Positions 27,345-40,090 of a stretch of 64,000 bases of DNA are shown one piece after another. Source of the DNA: Glaucostegus cemiculus (lineage: Eukaryota). The DNA lies in assembly GCA_976551045.1 (NCBI GenBank), contig CDPCPM010000418.1, forward strand, positions 3,286,001 through 3,350,000, written 5' to 3'. Every line of letters starts with the position of its first letter. Within the stretch, counting starts at the first letter, position 1. Made by a program: the position numbers and the translations under genes. Under the pieces are notes generated by a model that saw nothing but the letters and a program-made list of their open reading frames with translations, was not told the origin of the DNA and made no database searches.

Positions 27345-27930
27345 GACATAGATGGTTGACACATCAAATCATGAGAAATTTACCATGCAGAAGGAGGCTA
27401 TTTGACCTATCATGTCTCCAGCTAAAAGAGAGCAATCCAGCTTTACCCCTTCCCACACTTATGTCCATAGGCATGGTTCTTCAAGTAAATGCTACGGGAC
27501 TTCCTAAACATAATGATAGTTTCTGCTTCTACCACTCTTTCATCCACTGAGTTCCAGATCTTAACCACCCTCTGGATGAAAAATTATCACCTCTCTAATC
27601 CTATGAATTACATTAAATCCATTTGCCTGGTTTTGGACCCTTGTTGAGAGAACTTGGTCCTTACTATTTACTCTTAGGTCCCTCAAGATTTCATACACAT
27701 CTATTTAGTCCCCCCTCAGCCTCCTTTACTCAAAGAAAACAACCCTAGCTTATCCAATCTTCCCTCATAGTTAAAATATTTCAGTCCTGGTAACATCCTC
27801 AAAAGTCTCCTCAACAGTCTCTCCAGTTAAATCATATCTTTCCTCTAATGTGGTATCTAGAACTGCACAGAGTACTGAGGCTATGATCTAACTAGTGTTG
27901 TATAATTCCCAGCAAAACCTCCCTGCTTTA
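27345..27930 (-). mobile_element. CR1 LINE 3' fragment
   Basis: Reverse CR1 motifs gagttccagatcttaaccaccctctgg, aagaaaacaaccctagcttatccaatct, cagtcctggtaacatcctc. Confidence 0.75.
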
Positions 27931-28489
27931 ATACTCTCTCTTGGCTAGTAGTGGAAAACATCGCAGCAAACTGGACGGGAAATATAGTCCCAACAAAGGG
28001 CACTCTGCCACTTTAATATTCATTTCTTCCACCACTGGTGCACCATAGCTGCAGCATATATCACTACAAGATGCAATGCAACAACTCGCCAAAGCTCTTT
28101 CAACAGCACCTCCCAGTGAAAGACAAGGATAGCAGGTGCATGGGAACACCACCATCTCCCAAATCGCCTCCATGTCATATTCCATTCTGATGTGGGCATC
28201 TATCCACTGTTTCTTCATCATAGCTGGGCCAAAATTCTCGATTGGGTTACCGAACCTGAGCTGTCGGAGCATTTTCACTACATGGACTCCAGCAGCTTAA
28301 GAAGATAGTTCATTACCACCTTCTCAGGGAAACAACAGATTGGCAATATATGTCAGCCTTACCACCAATGCCTACAGTTTGTGAATAGCATAATCACCAA
28401 TTTAAAATTCAATTAGAACTGTAAGGGGCTGACACTGAACATGTGCCGGAGAAACTTTTACAAAGCCTCTTAAGAAGACTAGAAAATAG

Positions 28490-28950
28490 AGCAGGACAGC
28501 ACAGCACAGGAAAAGGCTCTTTTGGCCCACAGTGTTATGCCAAACTAATTAAACTAGGAATTAAACGTTTAAATTAATCTCTTCTGCCGACACAATGTCC
28601 ATACCTCTCCATTCTCTGCACATCCATGTGCCTATCAAAAGAGACTCTTAAACACCTCTATCATAATTGCTGCCACCACCACCCCCAGAAGCACATTCCA
28701 AGCACCCACAACTCTGTGCAAAAAACTTGCCCCGCGCATCTCCTTTGAGCTTAGCCCCTCTCACCTTAAATGCATGCCCTCTTGTGTTAGACATTTCCAC
28801 CTGGGAAAAAGATACTGTCTACTCTATGCCTCCCATAACCTTATAAACTTCTATCAGGTATCAGGTCTCCCTTCAGCCTCTGCCGCTCCAGAGAAAACAA
28901 CCGAAGTTTGTTCAACCTCTCCTCATAGCTCATGCCCCCTAATCCAGGCA
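28490..28950 (-). mobile_element. CR1 LINE 3' end, relatively well preserved
   Basis: acagcacaggaaaaggctctttt...cattccaagcacccacaactctgtg...gctccagagaaaacaaccgaagtttg is the reverse of the CR1 ORF2 end and tail. Confidence 0.8.
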
Positions 28951-31900
28951 GGAAGATAGGAAGGTTTTTTGGCTCAGATTAGTTCTGAATGGTGGGTACT
29001 TTTTTTGAAATCCTGAAAGGAGAGAATTGGAAGGTTTCTAAGCCAGGAATGGACCGGTTGGACTGAATGGCTTTTTCTCGTAGTGTCCTAGTCATGTGAT
29101 GGATTAACAGGCAACATTTGCAAGCCTCTACCTATAGGTAATTGCTGTGCAATATTAATGAGGGTCCAAATGGACTATGGACTTCTCTTAATCTCTTTTA
29201 GGCTGGGGGAGTTTACAAGGCAGCACACAACATTGATTCCACTTTGCGTGATAGCAGGTAAAATGAAGAGCAACTGGAATCAAAATGGGGCAATAGTTAA
29301 GGATTTAGATACTTAATCATCAATGAAAGGGGTCCAATCTATTGTGGTGAGACTAGAGAACCTGGGATTACTTGAGAAATAAAGTTTAAGGGGAAATTGA
29401 ATCAAGTTGTTTAAAGTCAGAGGGTGTTTTTTTAGAATTAAAAAGAGGATTTGGGATTATACAGTGCCTGTCATGCTACTTTCAGGATATACCAAAGTGC
29501 TTTACATCTGATGATGTGCTTTCTGAGATGCAGTAACTGTTATAATACAGAATAAATTGGTGGGAAGACATGTAATCAGAAGGCACAACTTTAAGGTAAG
29601 ACCAAATAACCAGAGGAGAGAAGAAGTGAAACTTTTACACAGTGAATTATTCTGATCTGGAATGCATTGCTACAGAAAGTGGTGGAAGCAGATTCATCAG
29701 TGGATCCACAAAGAAAGTTGGATAAATACTCGGACATGAAAATCTGGCGTTGGGGAAAGACCCTTGAAGTGGGTTTAATAGGTTGATGTTCCAAAGGTAT
29801 GGCATGAGTGCAGTGGGCCTCCTTCTGCACTTTAATTCATTTTTAATGTGTGCCCTGCCATCTGATTTTGTGGAAAAACAACTACCCTTCTTGTCATACC
29901 TCCCCTTACAAGAAAGTGAGAGGGAATTTCGAGTGCACAGCCCCCACTCTCACAGATGGGACCAACCACTGAAAAGACAGTTCGTAGTGCATCCTTCTCA
30001 CAACCAACTACCCACCCATTATGGCTCAACTCCTTCTTAATTAGCTGCAACGAATAACCGAGGTGCATTGGCAAAAGACGCCCATATTGACGGAGGAAAT
30101 GATGTGTAAAGTGGAGAAATCAAAGGGGAAGGAATGGGGGGTGGGGGGATGGTGGTAAAGAGGAGCAGAAAGGGAAATTTACAAATCAAAAAGAAACCTT
30201 GTGACTTGACCTTCACCATTGTAAGAATGATGCACTTCAAACTGTCTCTTCGGTGGTTGCTCCCATTTTTGAGAGTGAGGGCTTCACAGTTTTGCTTCCA
30301 GTCAGGGACAGCTCCTGCATTCATTCACAAACGTGCAATAGAAACGTCTGCTCCCCCTGTGCTCCTCAGTACACTGAAGTTGACCATGGGCTGTCCCAGT
30401 TCACTGAATCAGTTCATTTTGTCTGCATCAGCAGCTTACACAGGGAAAAACCAAACATCAGACACACAAAGCCCCCAAAATACTTGAAATCATTCGCAAA
30501 ATGGAGGCACTGCCAGAGTAACAAACTGTCTAAATGTATGGTAATGCACTGGCTGACAGATTGGCCACACAAGAACAAAAAAATTCTCAGCAGACCAGTT
30601 GCATTGGCAAAACAAAGCAGACGTGTCCCTTGAACAAGCAACTGTTTGGTTGCGGTCTTGGGTGGGGAAGGGGGGGAGTGGGGTGAGGCAAGTAAGTGCA
30701 AAATGTACACCAACACTCAGAACAAAATAATTTTTCACCAGCTCCTTGGTATGCCAGACCAAAGCTCACTATCAACATGCTTACTGCAACCAGAAGAGCC
30801 TCTCCTGGGTAAGCCCATTTTATGACTGCTGTTAAATTAGGGATGGACTATTCAACCACATCGGCATCACAACTGATGCTGCACCCGATACACCTCAACA
30901 ACTTTTACAGGAGTAGGAACAGGGAAGTCAGTCAGTTTATCACTAATTCCCTGATATGTGGCTAAGATCAGTTCAGTCTGATATCGAAGCAAGGCCCAGA
31001 AACTATACCAGTGAGGTATCCACTCTTTGGAACCATCAGAATCATCACAATAGAAGTACAGAATATGTCTTCTCAAATATATTAATGGATGTTATCAATA
31101 TTAATATTTAATCAAGTGTTTTTGTTTTCTTTTAATTGAGAAATCAAAAATAAAGTCATAGCTGACACTTCAAATTTCACCATCAATAGGAAGTATTAAA
31201 GAACCGTGAGAGATATATTTTTAAAGATGTAATTGACTTATTCTGTACCTATTGAGGGTATTTTAATTTTTCTTAAAATGTGTTTCAAAAGAAAAAGTCA
31301 ATATAAATAGGGGTGAATGGAGCAACCATCGGTAGCGTTCCCTCTGAGACTCCGAACTCCTGCTGAGGTCAGGCACAGCATCTATGACTGCGAGTTACCA
31401 ATTTTTGACACACAGTTGAGATTATTTGGAAAACTGGGTCAAGCTAACAGTGGGACAATGGGAACGCACAGCTCCCCTTGCCTCTCTCCCTCCTCTTCCC
31501 TCTCAGTGCTTTGACTCAGAAGACAAGAGATGTTCACCTTTTCTACATAGTTTCATAATTCAATAACTCAACTTTCAGAAACAATATGATAAGGAAACAA
31601 AAACTTCAATGAATTTTCCACTTACTGCATTTTTGTTTCCTTGATTGGCAAAGTTCAGTCTCTCTTTTAACCACTCAGCATTCCCTGTTGATTTCAACTG
31701 AGTTTCTCACCTCCCCGTCTGGTGATATTAGCGAACAGGATATGGGCTCCAGTTCCACTTACCTAAATGCACCTTTTTCATACATCATGCTGATTCAACT
31801 ACAGGAGATATTACTGTCACAGTCTACCCTGTCTTTTCCTGTCATCTGGCTCTATACATCTTCTCAAAACATCAAACAATGAGACCAATTATGGGTGAAC

Positions 31901-32185
31901 TTCATATGGGCCAGGCATTGAATCTCCTGGATTCCTCTGTGTGGTGTGATTAGCTCCTCTCCAAGCAATTGAGTGAGCTTGTTTTAAACATCCAACTGTT
32001 CTGAGATCTCGCATGTACTCGCCTGTGTTCACTGGTCCCTCAATCTATGCATTTTGCTATACACATGTGATATGCATGTATAAGTTCTCAATGTGGATGG
32101 AATGTCATAAAATGACCAAAGATAGTCTAGAACAGGTAAAAAGCACCATAACATTCTGCTCCTTTTACAGCTCATCCAGCTGTCA

Positions 32186-32984
32186 GAATCAGAATCAGTT
32201 TTTATTTGTCACAACCATATACATACATAGTATGCATAGAAGCGAGATACCGTCCTCCTCAGGAGCTCGTCCCATAAAATAACATAACAACCAACAGAGA
32301 CACACATACACACTTGACAGAATAAACATTATAAAACATTAGACATTAAAAGCTACGGAAGTTAAAATTAAATTAAAGTACGCAGATTAAATTAAAAATG
32401 GCCGGTAAATAAATAAATAGTTATTAAAGTGAATGGGCTGGTGTCGGGCATTTAAAGTGCTGGTGCATTTCTGTGCACCTAGCATCTCTTAGTGTTAACA
32501 AAGGAAGATGAAGGGATGAGAGAGTTTGCAGTTCTGATGGCTTGCGGAAAGAAGCTATTGTTCAGCCTGGTCGTTCTTGCCCTGATACATTTAAGCCTCC
32601 TCCCTGATGGCAAAATTGTGAAGAGGTGGTGGGAGGGGTGAGAAGGGTCGGCCATTATGCTTTTGGTCTTCCTCACACAACAGTCTTTGTATATGTCTGC
32701 GAGGGATGGAAGCGAGACACCTATGATCCACTCCGCAGCCCTAACTATCTTCTGGAGGGACTTCCGCCCAGCAGCTGAGCAGCTTCCAAACCAAACAGTG
32801 TGATACATTGAGTTAGGATGCTCTCGATGGTCCCCCTATAGAAGGTTTTCATGACGGAGGGATGGGGGTACGCTTTCCTCAGTCTCCGCAGGAAGTAGAG
32901 GCGTTTCCGAGCTTTCTTCGTGAGGGCCGTAATGTTAGTGGACCAGGTCAGGTCGTCGGTGATGTGCACCCCCAGGAACTTGAT
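32186..32984 (-). mobile_element. 5'-truncated Rex1/Babar LINE, young, with one frameshift in the RT C-terminal region
   Basis: ORFs 32745-32969 and 32479-32808 join into HITDDLTWSTNITALTKKARKRLYFLRRLRK...FYRGTIESILT/WFGSC...DPSHPSHHLFTILPSGRRL...RTTRLNNSFFPQAIR. The minus strand has AATAAA and a (ctgatt)n tail. GCTGTCA is duplicated at 32179-32185 and 32985-32991. Confidence 0.92.
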
Positions 32985-33718
32985 GCTGTCATCTTGGTGA
33001 CACTTGCTGGTGTCAGTGAGTCCTGTTCATCTCTTACCCTAATGTTCACTGACCTTACTCTGCATCCTAACTGACAGTACTTCAATTTAAACATGCAAAC
33101 TAAACTTAAAAAAAATCAGATCCCTTCCTCATTTCATTCATCTTTCCTTCTCTAACCTTCATCCTTATAATCCTCTAAGATCTCCGTACCCTTCTAACTC
33201 TACCCCCTGATCCAGTGTCTTTGGATCCCGGATCCTGAGCTTTGGCTTTTGTTCCCTGAACCTCTCCTTCCATTAAGACAGTTGGTTTAGAACCTCCTTC
33301 CTTACCAATGTTTGATCACCTGTGTTAAAGTACCCTCCCTGGCTCTGTACCTGTGAAGTACTTCAGGAACTTTATTAAAGGCATTACAAAAATGGTTGCA
33401 ATGCCTTATTGACACCCCACCATCTACTTGTTCCTTTGGGAAATTTCTGCAGAATTATTCTCTGAAGGTCAAGTTTCCCCAAGAGAAGTTGCAAATTATA
33501 GTCTCACGCAAAACAGCCTCTAACAACATGAAATTCTCTCAGTAACGCATCAGACTCTTTACCCAAGCACCACGTTTGCAAATGCAAAAGGGAGTGCCAA
33601 ACATCCCTGGGCTTAAATATATTTCCACATGTGAAAACTTCCAGCAGTCACTGAAAATGTAATGGCACAGTACTAGAGGGTGATAAAGTGGAAAGGGAAA
33701 GGGTGGGGGGGTGGAAAA

Positions 33719-33795
33719 GAGAGAGAAAGAGAGAGAGAGAGATGGAGAGAGAGGGAGAGGGAGACGGAGACGGAGAGAGAGAGAGATACAGAGAA
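33719..33795. repeat. Imperfect (GA)n microsatellite
   Basis: GA-rich run seen directly. Confidence 0.9.
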
Positions 33796-34739
33796 AGCAA
33801 GAGAAGGAATGAAACGGGACATGTTAAAAGACCAGAAACAGATAAAGGTGCTGAGAGAGTGAGACAGAATAGGAAGATCCTCACCTGGTATTTATATTGT
33901 CAGCTATTCTCTATACTATAAGGACTTGGGTCATTGGGTCATGTCCTACCACAAAATTCTTTAGTGAAAACAAATTCAGGTCAGTTATCCTTTCATACCT
34001 TAAAGCCTTAAATCCTGATTATCATCAATGAAGGTTGCAGCCTGAAGTGACACAGCATTTGATCAGCACGTAGGAGCGGCTGAAAGTCCCCTTCAATAGC
34101 AGGAGCTGGTTACAAATTGAGCGTAGTTCCCTTTAAACTGACTGAGCAAGTGACAGGCATCAATGCCTTATGCAAATAAATGGACTGCATACAATGCCAT
34201 AATTCAAGTGAGTGGGTCATGTTCACCTTTGAAACAATAGGATCAGTGGTGGAGGCTTATACTCATATTCAAATGAAAGACTAAAAATGAGGAAACAGAC
34301 CAAAGTATTTAATTTTTAGTTTAAAAATGTGTGGCAGTTCCCTCCTCATTGGATTTGGAATATTCTACCCATCTCCTCCTGTGACATTACAAATTAAATG
34401 ATTGCTTTTTAGGGTAGAAAGCATTAGATTAAATTTAAATATATTTCTTTTCTAACATAGATCCAGGCCATTCAGCCCAAACTGACCATGATGGTGTTGA
34501 CATGCCATGCGAGCAAATCATCCTAATCACATGTACCCATCTTGTTCTTAAATTGAATGTTGCCATAGTTTATGCCTCAGTCATGAATTCCACAGACTCA
34601 CAACTCTAAGGAAGTTTTGCCTGTGCTCTATTCAAAATCTCTTGCACTTAATGCAACTTGTATTAACAGATCATTTGACACCAGAAGGTGAAAGAGGAAC
34701 AACAATCAGGTGTGAGCTGTTTTCCAATAATACAAACCA

Positions 34740-35015
34740 GGGGTGAGTGAAGGAAGTGGAGAAGGGAAGGCGTATGAGGGGGAGGAGAGAAGGGAGAAGT
34801 TGGGCAGGAGAGGTGGGAGACAATAGTGACAAGGTAAAAAGAAGCAGAGGGAGGGAAGCAGAGGAGGAAGGGGGAAGGAGGAGTAGCCGGGGAGAAATGA
34901 GGGAGGATGGGCAGGAGAGAGAAATGAAGGTAAAGGAAGATGAGGGAACAGGGTGTGTAGAGGAAGGAAGGAAAGAAAGAGGAGAATGTGGGTGGTGGGG
35001 AAAGAAAGGGAGGGC
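34740..35015. repeat. Polypurine low-complexity tract
   Basis: Almost entirely A/G on the plus strand; explains the ORFs at 34671-35043. Confidence 0.85.
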
Positions 35016-35699
35016 TGCATGGGCTTTTACTCTCACAGGTTAAGTTGTGGATTAGCTGAGTATTTTACAAGACTTCTGTTATCTATCCTGAACTTTATTG
35101 ACCACAGGGTAAAAGAAGTATACTTATAGAATCAAAAAATGTTACAGTACAGGAATGGGCCACTCAGGCCATCAGATTTACCTGATTTCCATATGAACAA
35201 TTCAAATCTATTTCCACTCACCCACTCATTTCAATATTCCTTTCCTCAAGTAACTACTTGAACTTATGTGTTTAGAATTTAGACTTCGTTCCAGTGACAG
35301 CATGCAGCGGAGATGATCACATTCCACATTTCCTTTGTGCAAGGAGAGCTTTTCCAACTGTCGTTTAATTTTTTCCTGTGGTTCCCTTAAAGCTGTACCC
35401 TTTACAGTCTCAAAGAGTAATGAATACCATCTGTCATTATATACCTCATCATACTCCTTCATCACGTCAATGAACTCCAAAACCTCTCCAATAGTATAAT
35501 AAACCTATAGCTCTCCAGTATTTCATCAATAATTATAACCTTTCATCTCCATTAACATCTAGTGAATCTGCAATAGCACATTTCCATTGTTCTGCCTTTT
35601 CCGAAATTGGGGAAGGAGAGCAGCTTACAATATTTCAACAACAACTTAACTGAAGTCTTTTCATATTATATATATATAACCTTATCATGTTTTTTTATG

Positions 35700-35992
35700 A
35701 TATAGAAGAAAACCATTCAGCTCACCAAGTCTGAGCCAGGTCACAGAGCATTCCCATCAATCTCATTCACTCACTTTATTTCTCTGTAACCTATACTCTG
35801 AAATACCCATCTACTTCCTCCAATCTTCCTATCACTCACCTTCACTAGGAGTAATTTACAGTGACCAATTAACCTACCAACCAGCAATCCTTTGGGATGT
35901 GGAAGGAAATGAGAGCACTTGGAGGAAAACACACTATCGCAGAAGAACATGCAAATAGACAGCACCAGAGGTCAGGATCAAACCTGGGTCAC
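35700..35992 (-). mobile_element. V-SINE (HE1-like)
   Basis: Reverse V-domain tttgggatgtggaaggaaatgagagcacttggaggaaaacacac...gaacatgcaaa. Confidence 0.8.
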
Positions 35993-36144
35993 GTGTTTTT
36001 GTATTTTATCCAGCTAGACACATAACAAAGGAGTCTGTTTGCCCTTGCCATGGTTAGTGCTGGCACTTTAAATAACTCTGTATCCTCTACTCCTCTTAAA
36101 CTCCTGGGCTGGGGAATCTCATTTTGAAAAACAAATGCCACAGA

Positions 36145-36395
36145 GCCTATCACGATCTCTTACCTGCATCTACCTATCACCACCTTGTGCCCACCCCAAT
36201 TCCCCTCTTTTGTCCACCTATCACTGCCCTGCTTTTCCCTCCTATATATTGGGCTTCTCCTTTTCCTATCTTCATTCATAAAGAAGGGTCCTGACCCGAA
36301 ACGTTGACCACCTGCTTTTTCTCTAACGGAAGCCGCCTGGCCTGCTGAGTTCCTCCAGCATCATAGTGTTTTTCATCAAGATATTCCAGCATCCA
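36145..36395 (+). mobile_element. Penelope-like pLTR/3' terminus with a decayed hammerhead motif
   Basis: aagaagggtcctgacccgaaacgttgacc followed by gcctggcctgctgagttcctccagcatc. Confidence 0.8.
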
Positions 36396-37144
36396 CAGAG
36401 TGACATGACAGAGAAAAAGGCTAGCTTCCCAACCAGTTCCCACATTTTCCTCTTTTACCATAACCCAGCATTTCTTTTCCTTCTCATTTATGCATCCAAT
36501 TCCTTATTAAAAGTTGTTGTTGAATCTACTTCAATTGGCTACGTGACTTGATCAGTAAAAGTCAAATCCACCAAATGTTTTAGTGACTGAACCAAATCAA
36601 TCTCACATGGAGATCCGTGTCAAAATACCTAAAGATCCTTTACCAGGCTTCTCAGATACACTGCAAGAGGTGAAAGTCTCTTGATGACCCAGTCTCCTTA
36701 AACCAAGGGTCATTCATCTATTAATAGGCACACACTAATTTGACCTTGGAGTTCACAACAGTTCTGGTCTGGAGGTACATTAGCAACACACTCCTATTTT
36801 TAAGTGATGACAGATCACTGAATTCCCTGACTCTGCATCCAGTTGATCTGACTGAGATGCACTTGGACACGCTCCTGCTGCCAGCATTAGATCCCTGTAG
36901 TGTTTCTATTCTTAAACACTGTCTCGCCAGCCTCAGCAGCAGAACACAGCCTATTATTAGAATGCAGATTAACAGATAACATGAAAGAAGATGCCTGAAT
37001 GCAATAAATGGGGTAAAAAACCTTTAACAATCTAATAAAAGGGTGGGACCACTTTCTCAATTTTAGATTTTTGCTGTCCAGCTTAATCAAAATTACTTCA
37101 GAAAGACTAAATGATTACCATTAATATAATTAAAGATCAATTAG

Positions 37145-37465
37145 CAGATACCTAGGAATGAATCACAGATTGGAATCCAATCGAATCCAACTGATACCCA
37201 GGAATAACATGTCAGAATTTAACTGAGGAGTTTAATTATTTTTATACAGAAAACAGATACTCAGGCGTGAGTTCCAGACTGGAATCCACTTGAGGCGATT
37301 GGGTGCTTTAAATATATAAAATAAGAGATATCTGGTAGTGTGCTAAAAGTCTGAAATTCATTCAAGGAATTTGGAAGTTTTATCTACAGACACTTATGAG
37401 TGAGTTACAGGCTTGAATCAAAGTGACGGATTCCAGTAGTTTCTGTACAGAATAACAGATATGGG
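37145..37465. repeat. Degenerate tandem repeat, unit about 65-70 bp, about 5 copies
   Basis: Recurring agatac..gg.gtgagtt.caga.tggaatc motif at about 37147, 37193, 37255, 37327 and 37388. Confidence 0.75.
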
Positions 37466-37769
37466 GTGTAAATTTTCACATTTATCAAAGAAACTGATGT
37501 CAGTGCCAGTGAGTTTGGTGCACTCCATTATGTCTGTTGCAAGCACTCGCACTTAAACAAAATATTAGGATGCAGAGTAAACAATGCTCAACTCAAACCC
37601 AACATTCCCTATCTCAGCCTCACGATAGCTCCCTCTACTGCACCTCTCAAATATTTTTCCACTCCTGCCACGAGATCCATTTCAGGTTTTTATGAGAGGG
37701 ATTGCCAATTTCAGGTATTTTTTTATCCGGTTGGCCCGCTGTCAATGAGGAATCGGCCAGCTCATTCTA

Positions 37770-39380
37770 GGAGTTTATTTATTCAGATTTTGGGATTTGG
37801 TCATCACTGACAAAGCTAACATGTAATGCCTATCCCTAATTGCCCTAAAGAAGGTGGCAGTGAAACACTTTCTTGAACTGCCGCAGTCCTTCTGGTGAAG
37901 CTCGTCCACAATGACGATGAGTAGGGAGTTCCAAGATTTAGATATAGCAACGACGAATGATCGGTGATACATTTTCAAGTCAGGTTGGTGTGCAGCTTGG
38001 AAAGGAAAATGCAAGTGGGGGAGTTCCAATGCTCCAAAAGTCCATGTCCTCCTTGGTGGTAGAGGTTGCAGGTTTAGAAGGGGCTGTCAGATTAGGCTAG
38101 GTGAGTAACAGCAGTGCATTATGTGGGTAGTATGTGCACTGTGTAACAGTGTGCACATGGTATATGTGCATGCGCACGTAGTAGTAGCAATTGTGCACTG
38201 ATGATGGGGGGGGGGGGATGTGTACTTAGAGTGGTGGGTGGGGTACCAATCAAGCAGGCTGCTTTGTCCTGATGTCATCAAGTCTCTTGAACATCGCTGG
38301 AGTCACACTCATCCAGGCAATTGGGAACATTTCATCGCACTTCTGACTCGTGCCTTTTAGATGATGGAAAGGCCTTGGTGTGTCAGGAGATGAGTCACTC
38401 ACACAGGATACCCAGCCTCTGAGCTGCTCTTGTAGCCACAATATTTACTGTGGCTGGTTTAGATCAGATTAGTTTATTGTCATGTACATCAGGTTGCAAT
38501 GAAATTCCTTGCTTGTGTAAAACGTACAGAGTAAACAGCATAGATGGTAATAATAAATACAAACAATAAATATTGCAACCAGTGCCAAACAACAGATTGG
38601 TGCAAAGTACAACAGAACGGTGCAAAGATAACAGTGCAACCTGAAGTAGTTAAAGAAGAAATGCTATAGTGATAATAATGGAGGTTGAGTTCTAGTCAAC
38701 CCTGACTCCCAGAATATTGACAGTGGGGGTCTCAGTGAAGGTAATGCAACTGAAGGTCAGGTGTAGGTAGTTGGACTTGTTCTTGTTGGCATTTTGTGGC
38801 ACAAACATTACCTGCCACTGTCAGCCCATGCCTGAATGTTGTGTAGGTCTGCAGCATGCAGGCATGGGCTGCTTCAGTTGTTGAGAAGTTGTGAATGAGA
38901 TTAAACCATGTGCAATCATCAATGAAACCTCCACTTCTGAACTACTGATGAGAGGAAGGTCATTGGTGAAAAAGCTGAAAATGGTTGGGCCTAGGATACA
39001 GCACTGAGGAACTCCTACAGTGATGTCCTGGGGCAGATATGATCGATCTCCAACAACTACAACTATTTTCCTTTGTGCAAGGTATGACTGAAACAGTTGG
39101 AGTGTTTTTTCCTTGATGTCATTGACTTCAACTTTACCAGAGCTCCTTGATGCCACATTTGGACTTGGAATCAAGGCCAGTTACTCTCACCTCCTGTCAG
39201 GAATTCAGCTTTTTGGTCCACGTTTGGAGCAAGGCTGTGAAGTGTGGAGCGGAGAAGCCTTGGTAAAACACAAGCTCTATAAGCAGGTTATTGGCGAATA
39301 AGTACTGCTTGATAATGCTGTTGATGACACTTTCATCACTTTGACGTAGATTGGATGTAAACTGTTTGGGTGGCAATTAG
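37770..39380 (-). mobile_element. L2/CR1-group LINE RT and 3' region with a nested Rex1-like tail (about 38460-38690)
   Basis: ORF 38821-39174 (QSYLAQRKIVVVVG...VGVPQCCILGPTIFSFFTNDLP) carries the RT GVPQGSVLGP motif. The 3' tail at about 37775-37880 reads tatccctaattgccctaaagaaggtggc. Confidence 0.85.
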
Positions 39381-39409
39381 TCAGATTGGATTTGACCAGC
39401 TTCAGAATT

Positions 39410-40090
39410 ATACAGAATTCACAGAACAGAAACAGGTCATTCCCATATGTACCACATTTTATCCCCTATACGAGCCTCTCCCTAGCCTGCCACCAATCCT
39501 ACTTCATCTCACCTTTTCAACATGTCATTCTGTTCCTTTGTGTTTATTCAGTTTTCTCTTAAATATGTCTGTTTTGCTCAGTTCATGCTCTGTGTGGTAA
39601 CCAAGTTCCACATTCTCCACACTTTCTGAGTTAGGAGGTTTCTCCCAAGTGTGCTATTGGATTTATTAATGGCATTTGTATGTTTATTACCCCAGTTTTC
39701 CCCAGTCGGCCATAGATCAGGCTTCGAGCCTGATCTAATCTTTGTCTCACCTCCATTTCCTGCCCAATCCACATAATCTTTCACTCTCTGATGGTACAAA
39801 AATCTGTCTCAGTCTTTGTGGCATTCTGGAGTAGAGAACTGCAAAAGTTCATAACCCATCCATTTGACTTAAATGGCTGACTCACTATGTCTAGATTCCC
39901 CACATGGGAAACATCCTCTCAGCATCTAACCTGTCAAGCCCCTCAGAATCTGATACAAGATCACTTCTCGTCCTAAACTCCAATGAGTGTAGGCTTAATG
40001 AGTTCAATTTTTCCTCAGAAGACTACCCCTTCAATCAACACGGAGAACCTTCTCTTAACTGCTTCTGATGCAAGTATTTCCCTCCTTAAA
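39410..40090 (-). mobile_element. Cluster of CR1 3' fragments
   Basis: Minus ORF 39578-39799 contains RNLLTQKVWRMWNL. gggaaacatcctctcagcatctaacctgtcaagcccctcagaatc is a reverse CR1 motif. Confidence 0.7.

Noticed and set aside
34671-35043. Three overlapping ORFs of 98-121 aa
   Set aside because: Low-complexity polypurine tract that lacks stop codons by composition.
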